From an uncultured bacterium (GTDB taxonomy: Bacteria; Omnitrophota; Gorgyraeia; Zapsychrales; Aceulaceae): 64,000 nucleotides of DNA. Location: contig CALGLP010000004.1 in assembly GCA_937930175.1 (NCBI GenBank), positions 2,163-66,162 of the forward strand, given 5' to 3'. Both the position numbers and the translations under genes were made by a program. Positions 21,559 to 30,489 of the stretch are shown piece after piece. The notes beneath the pieces are model-generated. The model saw nothing but the letters and a program-made list of their open reading frames with translations. It made no database searches and had not been told where the DNA came from. Position 1 is the first letter of the stretch. The number at the start of each line of letters is the position of its first letter.

Positions 21559-23046
21559 ATGAAAAAAATCTTTTTTGGGATATTGTTTAGTGTTTGTTTT
21601 TGTTCCCTGGCTTTTGCCGAGAGCTTAACGCTTACGACGTATTATCCAGCACCGTTTGGAATGTATAAAGAGATGCGTGTGATGGGGAAGTTGGGGGTTG
21701 GGACAACGGCGCCTGTAGCCAAAACTGAAATTGTAGCTTCTGGGGCAGAAGGAGCCCTTTTGGTTGGAACAGGAACAGTGACAAATTTATCCTCTGCTTT
21801 TGGTACAGCTAATACGGTGAGCGGAACTAAGTCTTTTGCTTCTGGAGCATCTCATAGCGTTACTGGCGATCAATCCGCTGCTTTTGGCTCAGCTAATCCG
21901 GTGGGAGGAGATAATTCTTTTGCGGCAGGAATAAATAATGATGTTTCTGGAGACAAATCTTTTGCTTCTGGAGAGTCCAATCTCGTGCCTGGGGCCAAGT
22001 CTTTTGCTGCTGGAAAATCAAATACAGCTTCCGGAGACCATGCTTTTGCTGCCGGGGAAGGCGTGACAGCGCAAGCTTACGATTCCTTTGTTTTTGGAAG
22101 GTGGAATATTATTGCAGGAACTTCAGACGCTTGGGTTGATGCTGACCCTTTGTTTGTTGTTGGAAACGGAAGAGATAATGCTGCCAACAGATCCAACGCT
22201 GTGACTGTCTTAAAGAATGGAAGCGTTGGGATCAACACTAGTGTTCCTGAGTATAGCATGAGCTATCTTGAAATCTTTGATGATGCGACTAATGGCGCAA
22301 ATGGCATGCAGATAACATCAGGGGCTTCTTCAGAGGATGATCCTAGAATTATCTTGAAGCGAAGGCATGGCATTCCAAACAATAATAATGATGGGTTTAG
22401 CATTGCCTATGATCGAAGCGCAGATTCGCTAGACACTTCTTATGTTAACGCTAATCTTACAGGAAATCCTCTTTTGACAATTAAACAAGCTGGCAACGTT
22501 GGCATAGGAACCACCGATCCTGCCTCTCGGCTTGATGTTGGCAACGGAACGATTACCCTGGGGTCTGGGAATATTTCTAATGCAGGAGATGCTGATCGAG
22601 GTATTTTTATTGATAGCGATGGTAATATTGGTCTAAACAAGACAGACCCGGACGTTCTTACTCATGTTGGAGCGTGCTCGGGAGGATCTTGCTGGGCCGA
22701 AGATGCAACGATTTTTAAAGTAGATGGGCGGGCTGACACAGGACATCTTGTTGTTGGGACCTATGCGGTTCCGCGAAATGCTTATGTTTACGGATATATT
22801 CGTCCTTCATGGTCTTCCGCTCCGTGTGATGTTGATCACATAGGTGCGATTCGAGTAGCACAATATGCAGCTGCAGGAAGTAATCGTTGCGCTTTAGAGG
22901 TTTGTTATCCTGGTCAATCGAAGTATTGGAATGGCATAGCGTGGACGGTTGTTCAGCCAACTAGCATGAGCTGGAAAGGAACATGTCATCTTATTGACGG
23001 AGGAGCAGTTGTACCTTATGAAACCACTCCTGCTATTACTGATTAA
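21559..23046 (+). CDS. Secreted repeat protein, paralog 2
   Basis: 495-aa ORF. The first ~50 residues are almost identical to paralog 1, and it shares the same repeat type and neck motif (FVFGRWN...PLFVVGNG...NAVTVLKNGSVGI). The C-terminal half is unrelated. Confidence 0.6.
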   Translation: MKKIFFGILFSVCFCSLAFAESLTLTTYYPAPFGMYKEMRVMGKLGVGTTAPVAKTEIVASGAEGALLVGTGTVTNLSSAFGTANTVSGTKSFASGASHSVTGDQSAAFGSANPVGGDNSFAAGINNDVSGDKSFASGESNLVPGAKSFAAGKSNTASGDHAFAAGEGVTAQAYDSFVFGRWNIIAGTSDAWVDADPLFVVGNGRDNAANRSNAVTVLKNGSVGINTSVPEYSMSYLEIFDDATNGANGMQITSGASSEDDPRIILKRRHGIPNNNNDGFSIAYDRSADSLDTSYVNANLTGNPLLTIKQAGNVGIGTTDPASRLDVGNGTITLGSGNISNAGDADRGIFIDSDGNIGLNKTDPDVLTHVGACSGGSCWAEDATIFKVDGRADTGHLVVGTYAVPRNAYVYGYIRPSWSSAPCDVDHIGAIRVAQYAAAGSNRCALEVCYPGQSKYWNGIAWTVVQPTSMSWKGTCHLIDGGAVVPYETTPAITD

Positions 23047-23083
23047 TTAGGCAGGATGAGTAGAAGAAAAATATTAATCTAGA

Positions 23084-25204
23084 ATGAAAATATCTTTAAA
23101 TTGGCTCAAAGAGTATATTAATTCTAAGCTTTCTGCAAAGGAGCTTGCGCATCGGCTGACACTTTCTGGACTGGAAGTCGAGAAAGAGGAGATTGTCTCC
23201 GTTGATTCGATTTATCTTGGTTTGAGCTCAGGGGAAATCGAGACGTCCCCGCGTTCTATAGGGTCAAAACCAAGGAAGCTAGGGGACGATACGGTTTTTG
23301 AACTAGAGATCACGCCTAACAGGCCGGATTGCTTGAGCTTGATCGGTATTGCGCGAGAGCTTTCCGCGATCCTTAACGTGCCGCTTAAGACGCCCAAAGT
23401 CGGCAAGATCAAGATTCCTTCCAAAAAGTGTTCGATTGTTATCGAGGATAAAAAAGATTGCGCAAGGTATATTGGTGCGATTTTGACAGATGTCAAAATC
23501 GCACCATCTTCGGTGCGCATACAAGCCTTCTTAAGCGCGATCGGGCTTCGTCCGGTTAACAATATTGTGGATATAACGAACTTTTGCTTGATGGAAACCG
23601 GACAGCCCATGCACGCCTTTGATTACGACAAGCTTTCCGGAGGAAAGATTGTTGTGCGCCGCGCCAAGCCTGGCGAGAAATTGATTGCCATCAACGACGT
23701 GGAATACACCCTTGATCCTTCTATTCTTGTGATTGCCGATGCCGAGCGCGCGGTCGCAATCGCAGGCATTATGGGTGGCAAGGCTACGGAAGTCACAGCG
23801 AAAACAAAAAATATTTTGCTTGAAAGTGCGTCTTTTGATCCGCTTTTGATCCGTCGAGCATCCCGCAAGCTTGGCCTTCGCAGTGATGCATCGTATCGTT
23901 TCGAACGCGGCGTGGATATGGACATGGTTTACAAAGGATGCCTTCGAGCCGTGAGCTTGATGCTTGAAATTGCCTCAGGAACCTTTACTTCTTTGGCTGA
24001 TGTGGCTCAAGGAAAATCTAAAAAGCAAAAGCCTGTTTCGATTGTTTTTGATATTAAAAAAGCAACGAAACTTTTGGGCACCGCAATTTCTTCTTCTCAG
24101 GCCAAGAATATTTTAACAAAGCTTGAGTGTAAGGTTAGCTCAGCAGCCAAGGGAGGACTCAAGGTTTCTCCGCCGTCATTTCGTGCGGATATTAAAACGG
24201 ACGTGGATGTCATTGAGGAGATTGGCCGTATTATTGGTTTTGATCGCTTGTCCTCTCGCCTTTGCGCCATTAATCCTTTGAACATCGCAACAGACAAAAA
24301 GCGTATGTTCAAAGAAAAGCTTGCCACGCTTCTTGTTTCCCAGGGTTGCAGCGAGATTGTTTCTTATACAACGCTAAGCACCGCAGACCTTGTCAAGGCC
24401 AAGGTGTCCCTGCAAGGTCTTGTGTACAATCAGAATTTTCTTAATGAAGACCAAGAAGTGATGCGGCCTTCGTGCTTGCCGAGCATGCTCAATGTCCTAG
24501 GACATAATGTGAAGAACGGGCAGAAGAATTTAAGGTTTTTTGAAATAGGTAAGATTTATTTGCCGTCGGGTGAGAAGGATGTCTTTGTGATTGGGCTTAC
24601 GGGAGTACCGGCTCATGACTGGCGTTCGCCACAGACAAGAAAGAATGATTTTTATGATATCAAGGGTATTGTTGCGAACGCGTTTGAATTTTTTAAGGCG
24701 CAAGGCCTTGTTTTTCGGTCAGGGCAACATGTGTCTTTGGATCCCCAGGAAACCATGGACATTATTTTTGCAGGGCAAGCCGTGGGTTTTCTCGGCAAGA
24801 TTAAAAAAAATATTCTCAGCGCTTGGGATATTAAACATCAGGATGTTTTTTTTGCGCAAATCTTCATTGACGGTTTATGTCAGCATGATGCCAAGCGGAT
24901 TGCCGCTTATGTGCCTTTAAATGCTTATCCAAGCATTGTGCGCGATGTTAGCCTTGCACTCAAGAAAGAGATCAGCTATCAAAGCATTAAAGAGGCTATT
25001 GTTCATCTCCGCGAGCCGCTTTTGAAAAGCATTGATTTTGTTGAGCAGTATCTCGGCGACAAGATTTCTCCTGGACAAAGGGGCATGACCATTTCTTTGG
25101 TTTATCAATCATCGAGCAAGACGCTCACTGAGCAAGAAGTTGAAGAGGCACACCAGCGCATTTGTAGCCACATTGTGAGCGCGTTTCAGGCTGTTAAAAG
25201 ATAG
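23084..25204 (+). CDS. pheT: Phenylalanyl-tRNA synthetase beta subunit (short form)
   Basis: 706-aa ORF with MKISLNWLKEYI..., ITPNRPDCLS, B3/4, B5 and the C-terminal ferredoxin-fold anticodon-binding domain. The N-terminal OB-fold tRNA-binding domain appears replaced by a short linker. Confidence 0.9.
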   Translation: MKISLNWLKEYINSKLSAKELAHRLTLSGLEVEKEEIVSVDSIYLGLSSGEIETSPRSIGSKPRKLGDDTVFELEITPNRPDCLSLIGIARELSAILNVPLKTPKVGKIKIPSKKCSIVIEDKKDCARYIGAILTDVKIAPSSVRIQAFLSAIGLRPVNNIVDITNFCLMETGQPMHAFDYDKLSGGKIVVRRAKPGEKLIAINDVEYTLDPSILVIADAERAVAIAGIMGGKATEVTAKTKNILLESASFDPLLIRRASRKLGLRSDASYRFERGVDMDMVYKGCLRAVSLMLEIASGTFTSLADVAQGKSKKQKPVSIVFDIKKATKLLGTAISSSQAKNILTKLECKVSSAAKGGLKVSPPSFRADIKTDVDVIEEIGRIIGFDRLSSRLCAINPLNIATDKKRMFKEKLATLLVSQGCSEIVSYTTLSTADLVKAKVSLQGLVYNQNFLNEDQEVMRPSCLPSMLNVLGHNVKNGQKNLRFFEIGKIYLPSGEKDVFVIGLTGVPAHDWRSPQTRKNDFYDIKGIVANAFEFFKAQGLVFRSGQHVSLDPQETMDIIFAGQAVGFLGKIKKNILSAWDIKHQDVFFAQIFIDGLCQHDAKRIAAYVPLNAYPSIVRDVSLALKKEISYQSIKEAIVHLREPLLKSIDFVEQYLGDKISPGQRGMTISLVYQSSSKTLTEQEVEEAHQRICSHIVSAFQAVKR

Positions 25205-25394
25205 GATCTTAACGATCGAGCGCTTCTTGATCTTTCCCTGCAGTGTTCGTCGGAAGCCAAATATACTGAACCAATACAGTATATAAGGGAGCATTCGTTC
25301 TGTTAAATGTCTGCGGACATTTCAGAGAAGCACCCACTTGTAACGAACGGTTCATGTTACTAAGCTTCTGACGGCACAGGCGGGGTTCATTATT

Positions 25395-26753
25395 ATGCGG
25401 AAAAAATTTTCACCAGAAAATGATGATTTGTTGTTTGCTGAGCCTCTGAAGCCTGAGGAAGATTTAGCGATGATGGATCGCGATGCGCCTCTAAGCTTTC
25501 GCATGCGACCTGTGGCCCTTGAGGATTTTGTTGGGCAAAAACATATCTTGGGTGACGGCAAACTTTTGACTCGCGCCATCGAGGCGGATCGCTTAAGTTC
25601 TGTTATTTTTTACGGGCCCCCGGGCGCTGGCAAAACAACGCTCGCCCAGTGTATTAGTCGCAAGACTAAAAGTTATTTTGAAAGTGTTAACGCGGTTTGT
25701 TCTAACGTTGAAGAGCTGCGCAAGGTTTTGGCCGCGAGCCGCCAGCGCAAAAAGATCTCCGGACAGAAAACCATTCTTTTTATCGATGAAATTCATCGTT
25801 TCAATAAAGCTCAGCAAGATGTTTTGATGCCAGATTTAGAGCAGGGACACATTGTCCTTGTTGGCGCTACAGTGTTAAATCCTTTTTTTACGTTGATTGG
25901 GCCCCTGCTTTCGCGCTCCATGATTTTTGAACTCAAAAGCCATTCTCCAGAAGATATTTTAGTTATTCTTACAAGGGCGCTCAAAGATCCTGACAAGGGT
26001 TTGGGGCGATATAATGTCGAAATTGAAAAAGCGGCCCTTACCTTTTTATCGCAAACCTGCGATGGGGACGCCAGGCGAGCGCTCAATGCCTTGGAAATTG
26101 GTGTCCTGACAACCAAAGAAAATGAACGCGGTATTGTTTCGCTAACGCTTGCGATTGCGCAAGAATCCATTCAGAAGAAACAGCTTCTTTATGATCGCGA
26201 TGGCGACGCGCATTATGATACCGCGTCCGCCTTGATCAAGTCCATGCGTGGCTCTGATCCGGATGCCACGCTGTATTGGCTGGCTAAGATGATTTATGCT
26301 GGTGAAGACCCTCGTTTTATTGCTCGGCGTATTTGTATTTGTGCTTCTGAAGATGTAGGCAATGCGGATCCCCAGGCCTTAATTTTAGCCAATGCTGCTT
26401 TGCAGGCGTCAGAATTTATTGGTTTTCCTGAAGCGCGTATTCCGCTTGCGCAGGCTGCGGTCTATGTTGCGTGCGCGCCAAAATCCAACGCTGCGTATTT
26501 AGGAATTGAAAAAGCACTTAAAGAGGTTTCAGAGAAAAAACTTGAAGACGTTCCTGTGCACTTAAAAGATGCTTCGTATCCTAAGGCCTCTACGCTAGGC
26601 CACGGCGAAGGATACAAATACGCGCATGATTTTCCTCATCATTATGTTGTTCAGGAATATATGCCTTTAAAGAAAAAGTTTTATGAGCCTACCGATCAGG
26701 GCTTTGAAGAGCAGATCCAAAAACATTTAAAAAAGCTTCAAGACCTCTCCTAG
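25395..26753 (+). CDS. rarA: Replication-associated recombination protein A (AAA+ ATPase RarA/MgsA)
   Basis: 452-aa ORF with Walker A GPPGAGKTT, Walker B FIDEIHRFNK, and the MgsA C-terminal domain (YDTASALIKSMRGSDPDATLYWLAKM). Confidence 0.9.
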   Translation: MRKKFSPENDDLLFAEPLKPEEDLAMMDRDAPLSFRMRPVALEDFVGQKHILGDGKLLTRAIEADRLSSVIFYGPPGAGKTTLAQCISRKTKSYFESVNAVCSNVEELRKVLAASRQRKKISGQKTILFIDEIHRFNKAQQDVLMPDLEQGHIVLVGATVLNPFFTLIGPLLSRSMIFELKSHSPEDILVILTRALKDPDKGLGRYNVEIEKAALTFLSQTCDGDARRALNALEIGVLTTKENERGIVSLTLAIAQESIQKKQLLYDRDGDAHYDTASALIKSMRGSDPDATLYWLAKMIYAGEDPRFIARRICICASEDVGNADPQALILANAALQASEFIGFPEARIPLAQAAVYVACAPKSNAAYLGIEKALKEVSEKKLEDVPVHLKDASYPKASTLGHGEGYKYAHDFPHHYVVQEYMPLKKKFYEPTDQGFEEQIQKHLKKLQDLS

Positions 26754-26879
26754 CTTCCTTTTGATTGTTGTCCATCCTGCGTTTTTAGCGTTTTGTGAGG
26801 TCGATAATGCGCAATCGCCAATTTTTGTAAGTTCTGACATCCACGAACTTTAAAGTTGTGTGGAAATAAGAAAAATGAT

Positions 26880-27035
26880 AGAATGAGCCCCGTTAGAAAA
26901 TAGTATTGCTCGTGTAAGGAATAATGGTGGAATTTTCGTTTACGGCAGCGCTAGAAGCTATGCATGAGGCATTATCAATAACAACGGGGATTTTTTGAAT
27001 CGCGCTCGTTGGTTTTCTAACGGGGTGAGCTCGAG
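26880..27035 (+). ncRNA. ssrS: Candidate 6S RNA (ssrS)
   Basis: It lies in a 288-nt non-coding gap directly upstream of, and co-oriented with, the 5-formyl-THF cyclo-ligase gene (the classical ssrS-ygfA synteny). A 13-bp closing helix pairs CCCCGTTAGAAAA (26888-26900) with TTTTCTAACGGGG (27013-27025). I could not verify the internal fold by eye. Confidence 0.3.
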
Positions 27036-27056
27036 TAAGAATTGTGGCGGGGATTT

Positions 27057-27620
27057 ATGGATCGCATGCAAAAACAAACTTTACGTCAAAAACTTTTAGG
27101 ACTACTTAAGAATCAGAAGGAGGAAATCCGACGACAGAAAAGTAGGCTTATTCAGAAGCGGTTGTTTACAACGCCGGCTTTCCAGGCGGCAAAAACCGTG
27201 ATGCTTTATTGTTCGTTTGATGGTGAAGTGGAAACTGGGGAAATGATCAAGCAGGCTAAAAAGATGGGCAAGAACGTTGCTGTTCCAGTAACTGTGCGTA
27301 CTGAAAAGAAAATCATACCTTCTCTTGTGAACAACATTGAAGAAGAATTAACCGATGGACCGTATGGGATTAAACAACCAAAACAAGAACGTCAGCATTT
27401 TGTGGACAACGACCGTTTAGACTTGGTCGTTGTGCCTGGCGTGGCTTTTGACCGTTGCAATAATCGCCTCGGTCGCGGTGAAGGTTATTATGATCGTTTC
27501 TTAAAACTCTTGCCTTCCACAACGCCCACCATCGGGTTGGCGTTTGATTTTCAGCTTGTTGATGCTCTTCCTGAGCTTGAAGCTCACGATATTCCCGTTT
27601 CTCTCGTCTTAACAGCATAA
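27057..27620 (+). CDS. ygfA: 5-formyltetrahydrofolate cyclo-ligase
   Basis: MDRMQKQTLRQKLL... with the VVVPGVAFDRCNNRLGRGEGYYDRFL motif. I prefer the ATG at 27057 over the TTG at 27042. Confidence 0.85.
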   Translation: MDRMQKQTLRQKLLGLLKNQKEEIRRQKSRLIQKRLFTTPAFQAAKTVMLYCSFDGEVETGEMIKQAKKMGKNVAVPVTVRTEKKIIPSLVNNIEEELTDGPYGIKQPKQERQHFVDNDRLDLVVVPGVAFDRCNNRLGRGEGYYDRFLKLLPSTTPTIGLAFDFQLVDALPELEAHDIPVSLVLTA

Positions 27621-27681
27621 TCAAGAAGTACGTGTTAAACACAGGCTCAATTGTTTTATCAAACAAGAGGGAGATGTTCTC

Positions 27682-29250
27682 ATGACGCAGGCTACACCAT
27701 TTTTGCATAACGCAGGGATTTTAGCCCTAGCGGTTTTTTTACCTTTATCGGGATATCTTGTAAGCCGTTTTTTTAGTGATAAGCGGTTGCAAAAAACGAG
27801 GCTCAAATCTAAAGAACTTTTGGATAAAGCCCAACATGAAGTGGAAAATAAGATCAAAGAAGCCGAGATCAAAAGCCGTGATCTCTTGATTCAGGTACGC
27901 GAAAATTTTGAGCGCGAAACCAAGGAGCGCCGCGAGGAAATCACGATCGCGGAAAAACGTATTTTACTTAAAGAAGAAAATGTCGAAAAGCGCTTAGAGC
28001 TTTTGGAGAAAAAAGAAAAAGATGTGGAAGCGCGTATTGCAAAAGTTCATCAAGAGGAAACGGGTCTTGAGGAGAAGCATAAGCAGCTTAATCATCTTGT
28101 GGAAGAAGAAAAGCAGCGTTTACAGAAGATTTCATCCATGACCGTGGAGGATGCGCGTCATCTTTTGCTTTCTCGCGTGGATGAAGACTTACTTGGAGAA
28201 AAAGCCTCGCGTCTTCGTGCGATGGAGGAAGAGATTAAAGAATCTGCAGATAAAAAGGCCAGGGAAATTCTTTCCGCTGCTATTCATCGCTGTGCCAGTG
28301 AGCATGCTGGAGAGACGACGGTAAGCGTTGTCCATCTTCCATCCGATGAAATGAAGGGACGTATTATTGGCCGTGAAGGCCGCAATATCCGCGCTTTTGA
28401 AACAGCTGCCGGGGTTGATGTCATTATTGATGATACCCCAGAAGCCGCAACGATTTCTTGTTTTGATATGATGCGACGAGAAATTGCCAAGATTGCTCTT
28501 GAGCGTTTGATTCAGGATGGGCGTATTCATCCAGGGCGTATTGAAGAAATTGTAGAAAAGGTTAAAAAAGAGATTGAAGTGAAGGTGAAAGAAGAAGGTG
28601 AGCAGGCAGCTTTTGATTTGGGCATTCATGGCATGCACCCAGAGCTTGTGAAGCTCGTTGGAAAATTAAAGTATCGTACAAGTTTTGGCCAGAATGCGCT
28701 CAATCATTCTAAAGAAGTTGCGTCTCTGATGGGGATTATGGCTTCACAGCTGAATGTTGATTTTAAGCTGGCGAGGCGTGCAGGGTTGTTGCATGATATC
28801 GGTAAGGTAGCTGGGCAGGATGTGGAAGGCCCACACGCCTTGGTCGGCGCAGAGTTGATTCGTAAGTATGGTGAACTGCCGGAGGTTGTCAAAGCAGTTC
28901 AGTGCCATCACGAAGAAGTCGAGATGTCTCTTTTGGGTGTTTTGGTTGCCGCGGCAGATGCTGTGAGTGCCGCACGTCCAGGGGCTCGCGCAGAAACTAT
29001 GGAAACCTATGTCAAACGTGTTGAATCGCTTGAAAAAATTGCCAATTCGTTTAAGGGCGTTGAGAAAGCGTTTGCTCTTCAAGCTGGACGCGAAGTGCGG
29101 GTGATGGTTAAGCCAAGCAAGATCACCGATGACGAAGCGCTGGTTATGTCGCGGGATCTAAAGAAAAAGATTGAGGCTGACATGGAATATCCTGGGCAAA
29201 TCAGGATTATTGTTATTCGGGAAACGCGCGCGATCGAGTTCGCGAAATAG
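27682..29250 (+). CDS. rny: Ribonuclease Y
   Basis: 522-aa ORF with an N-terminal TM segment, a coiled coil, a KH domain (GRIIGREGRNIRAFE) and an HD domain (LLHDIGK). Confidence 0.9.
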   Translation: MTQATPFLHNAGILALAVFLPLSGYLVSRFFSDKRLQKTRLKSKELLDKAQHEVENKIKEAEIKSRDLLIQVRENFERETKERREEITIAEKRILLKEENVEKRLELLEKKEKDVEARIAKVHQEETGLEEKHKQLNHLVEEEKQRLQKISSMTVEDARHLLLSRVDEDLLGEKASRLRAMEEEIKESADKKAREILSAAIHRCASEHAGETTVSVVHLPSDEMKGRIIGREGRNIRAFETAAGVDVIIDDTPEAATISCFDMMRREIAKIALERLIQDGRIHPGRIEEIVEKVKKEIEVKVKEEGEQAAFDLGIHGMHPELVKLVGKLKYRTSFGQNALNHSKEVASLMGIMASQLNVDFKLARRAGLLHDIGKVAGQDVEGPHALVGAELIRKYGELPEVVKAVQCHHEEVEMSLLGVLVAAADAVSAARPGARAETMETYVKRVESLEKIANSFKGVEKAFALQAGREVRVMVKPSKITDDEALVMSRDLKKKIEADMEYPGQIRIIVIRETRAIEFAK

Positions 29251-29251
29251 T

Positions 29252-30034
29252 ATGAATATCCTTTGTATTGGAGACATTGTAGGAAGGCCTGGCCGCGACG
29301 CGGTGGCTGGCTTGTTGCCTAAACTCATCGCAGAGCATGATCTTGAGTTTGTTATTGCCAATGCGGAAAATGCCGCAGGTGGAGCAGGGATCATCCCCAA
29401 GATTGCCGATGAGCTTTTTTCTTATGGGTGCGATGTTTTAACTGCCGGTGATCATATTTGGGACAAAAAAGATATCTTGGATTATCTTGATCAGACCCCG
29501 CGATTGTTACGTCCTGCTAATTTTCCTGTGGACACACCAGGACATGGTTTTTTTGTGACGGAAACGAAGAAAGGCAAGAAAATCGGCGTGATAAATCTTT
29601 TAGGTCGTGTTTTTATACGCTATAATGTCCTTTGTCCGTTTGAGACGATGACCAAGGTTTTAAAAGAAATTTATCGCCAAACACGGATCGTGATCGTTGA
29701 TTTTCACGCAGAGGCCACGAGTGAAAAGATCGCCTTAGGGCATTTTGCGGATGGCAAGGTATCTGCTGTTTTCGGTACCCATACGCATGTCCAGACAGCG
29801 GATGAGAAGATCTTGCCTCTGGGGACGGGGTATTTGACCGATGTTGGCATGACAGGGCCTTTTGATTCTGTTATTGGGCAGAAAAAAGAGAATATTATTG
29901 AACGATTTTTGACGACGATCCCTTCGAAGTTTGAAGTGGCCACTGAGGATGTAGGCTTAAATGGTGTGGTCTTTACCATTGATGAAAAGACCGGACTGAC
30001 AACAAAGATTATAAGAATTCAAAGGAGGGTTTGA
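29252..30034 (+). CDS. ymdB: YmdB-family metallophosphoesterase (TIGR00282-like)
   Basis: MNILCIGDIVGRPGRDAV...ANAENAAGG...DFHAEATSEK...GTHTHVQTADE. Conserved rny-ymdB synteny. The start is taken at ATG 29252. Confidence 0.85.
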   Translation: MNILCIGDIVGRPGRDAVAGLLPKLIAEHDLEFVIANAENAAGGAGIIPKIADELFSYGCDVLTAGDHIWDKKDILDYLDQTPRLLRPANFPVDTPGHGFFVTETKKGKKIGVINLLGRVFIRYNVLCPFETMTKVLKEIYRQTRIVIVDFHAEATSEKIALGHFADGKVSAVFGTHTHVQTADEKILPLGTGYLTDVGMTGPFDSVIGQKKENIIERFLTTIPSKFEVATEDVGLNGVVFTIDEKTGLTTKIIRIQRRV

Positions 30035-30429
30035 TGAATCATTGGAACGGCTTGGAACGACGACAATTTCCCCGCGTTAACTATCCTTGTTTGATAACGA
30101 TCCGTTATGAGGCAAGCGGGTTGGATGCCTTTTTGACACATACGGAAAATATTGGAACAGGTGGAGTTTGTCTTCTTTTTAAGAAAGACATCAAGCTTTT
30201 TTCAGATGTCGAGCTAGAAATCGATTTATTGGACATGGAAAAAAATATACGATGCCGCGGCAAGGTCGTTTGGTCGGTGAAAGTGCAACCGGATAAACCC
30301 GCAAAGACACCTGTCTTTGATACGGGAGTTGAGTTTGTTGCTATTCTTCCTAAAGATCAAAAGCGTATTGCGGATGTTGTGAATCAGTTGATCAAAGAAG
30401 GTTTTGAGAAAACGCCTTACCGTGTTTAA
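30031..30429 (+). CDS. PilZ domain protein
   Basis: 132-aa ORF with the RRQFPR (RxxxR) and TENIGTGG (D/NxSxxG-like) c-di-GMP-binding motifs. Confidence 0.7.
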   Translation: MMNHWNGLERRQFPRVNYPCLITIRYEASGLDAFLTHTENIGTGGVCLLFKKDIKLFSDVELEIDLLDMEKNIRCRGKVVWSVKVQPDKPAKTPVFDTGVEFVAILPKDQKRIADVVNQLIKEGFEKTPYRV

Positions 30430-30489
30430 GGTTTTTAAACATCGTGACCCATCAGCGCCTTCGAGTTTCTTATCGCAAAAGGAAAAAAG

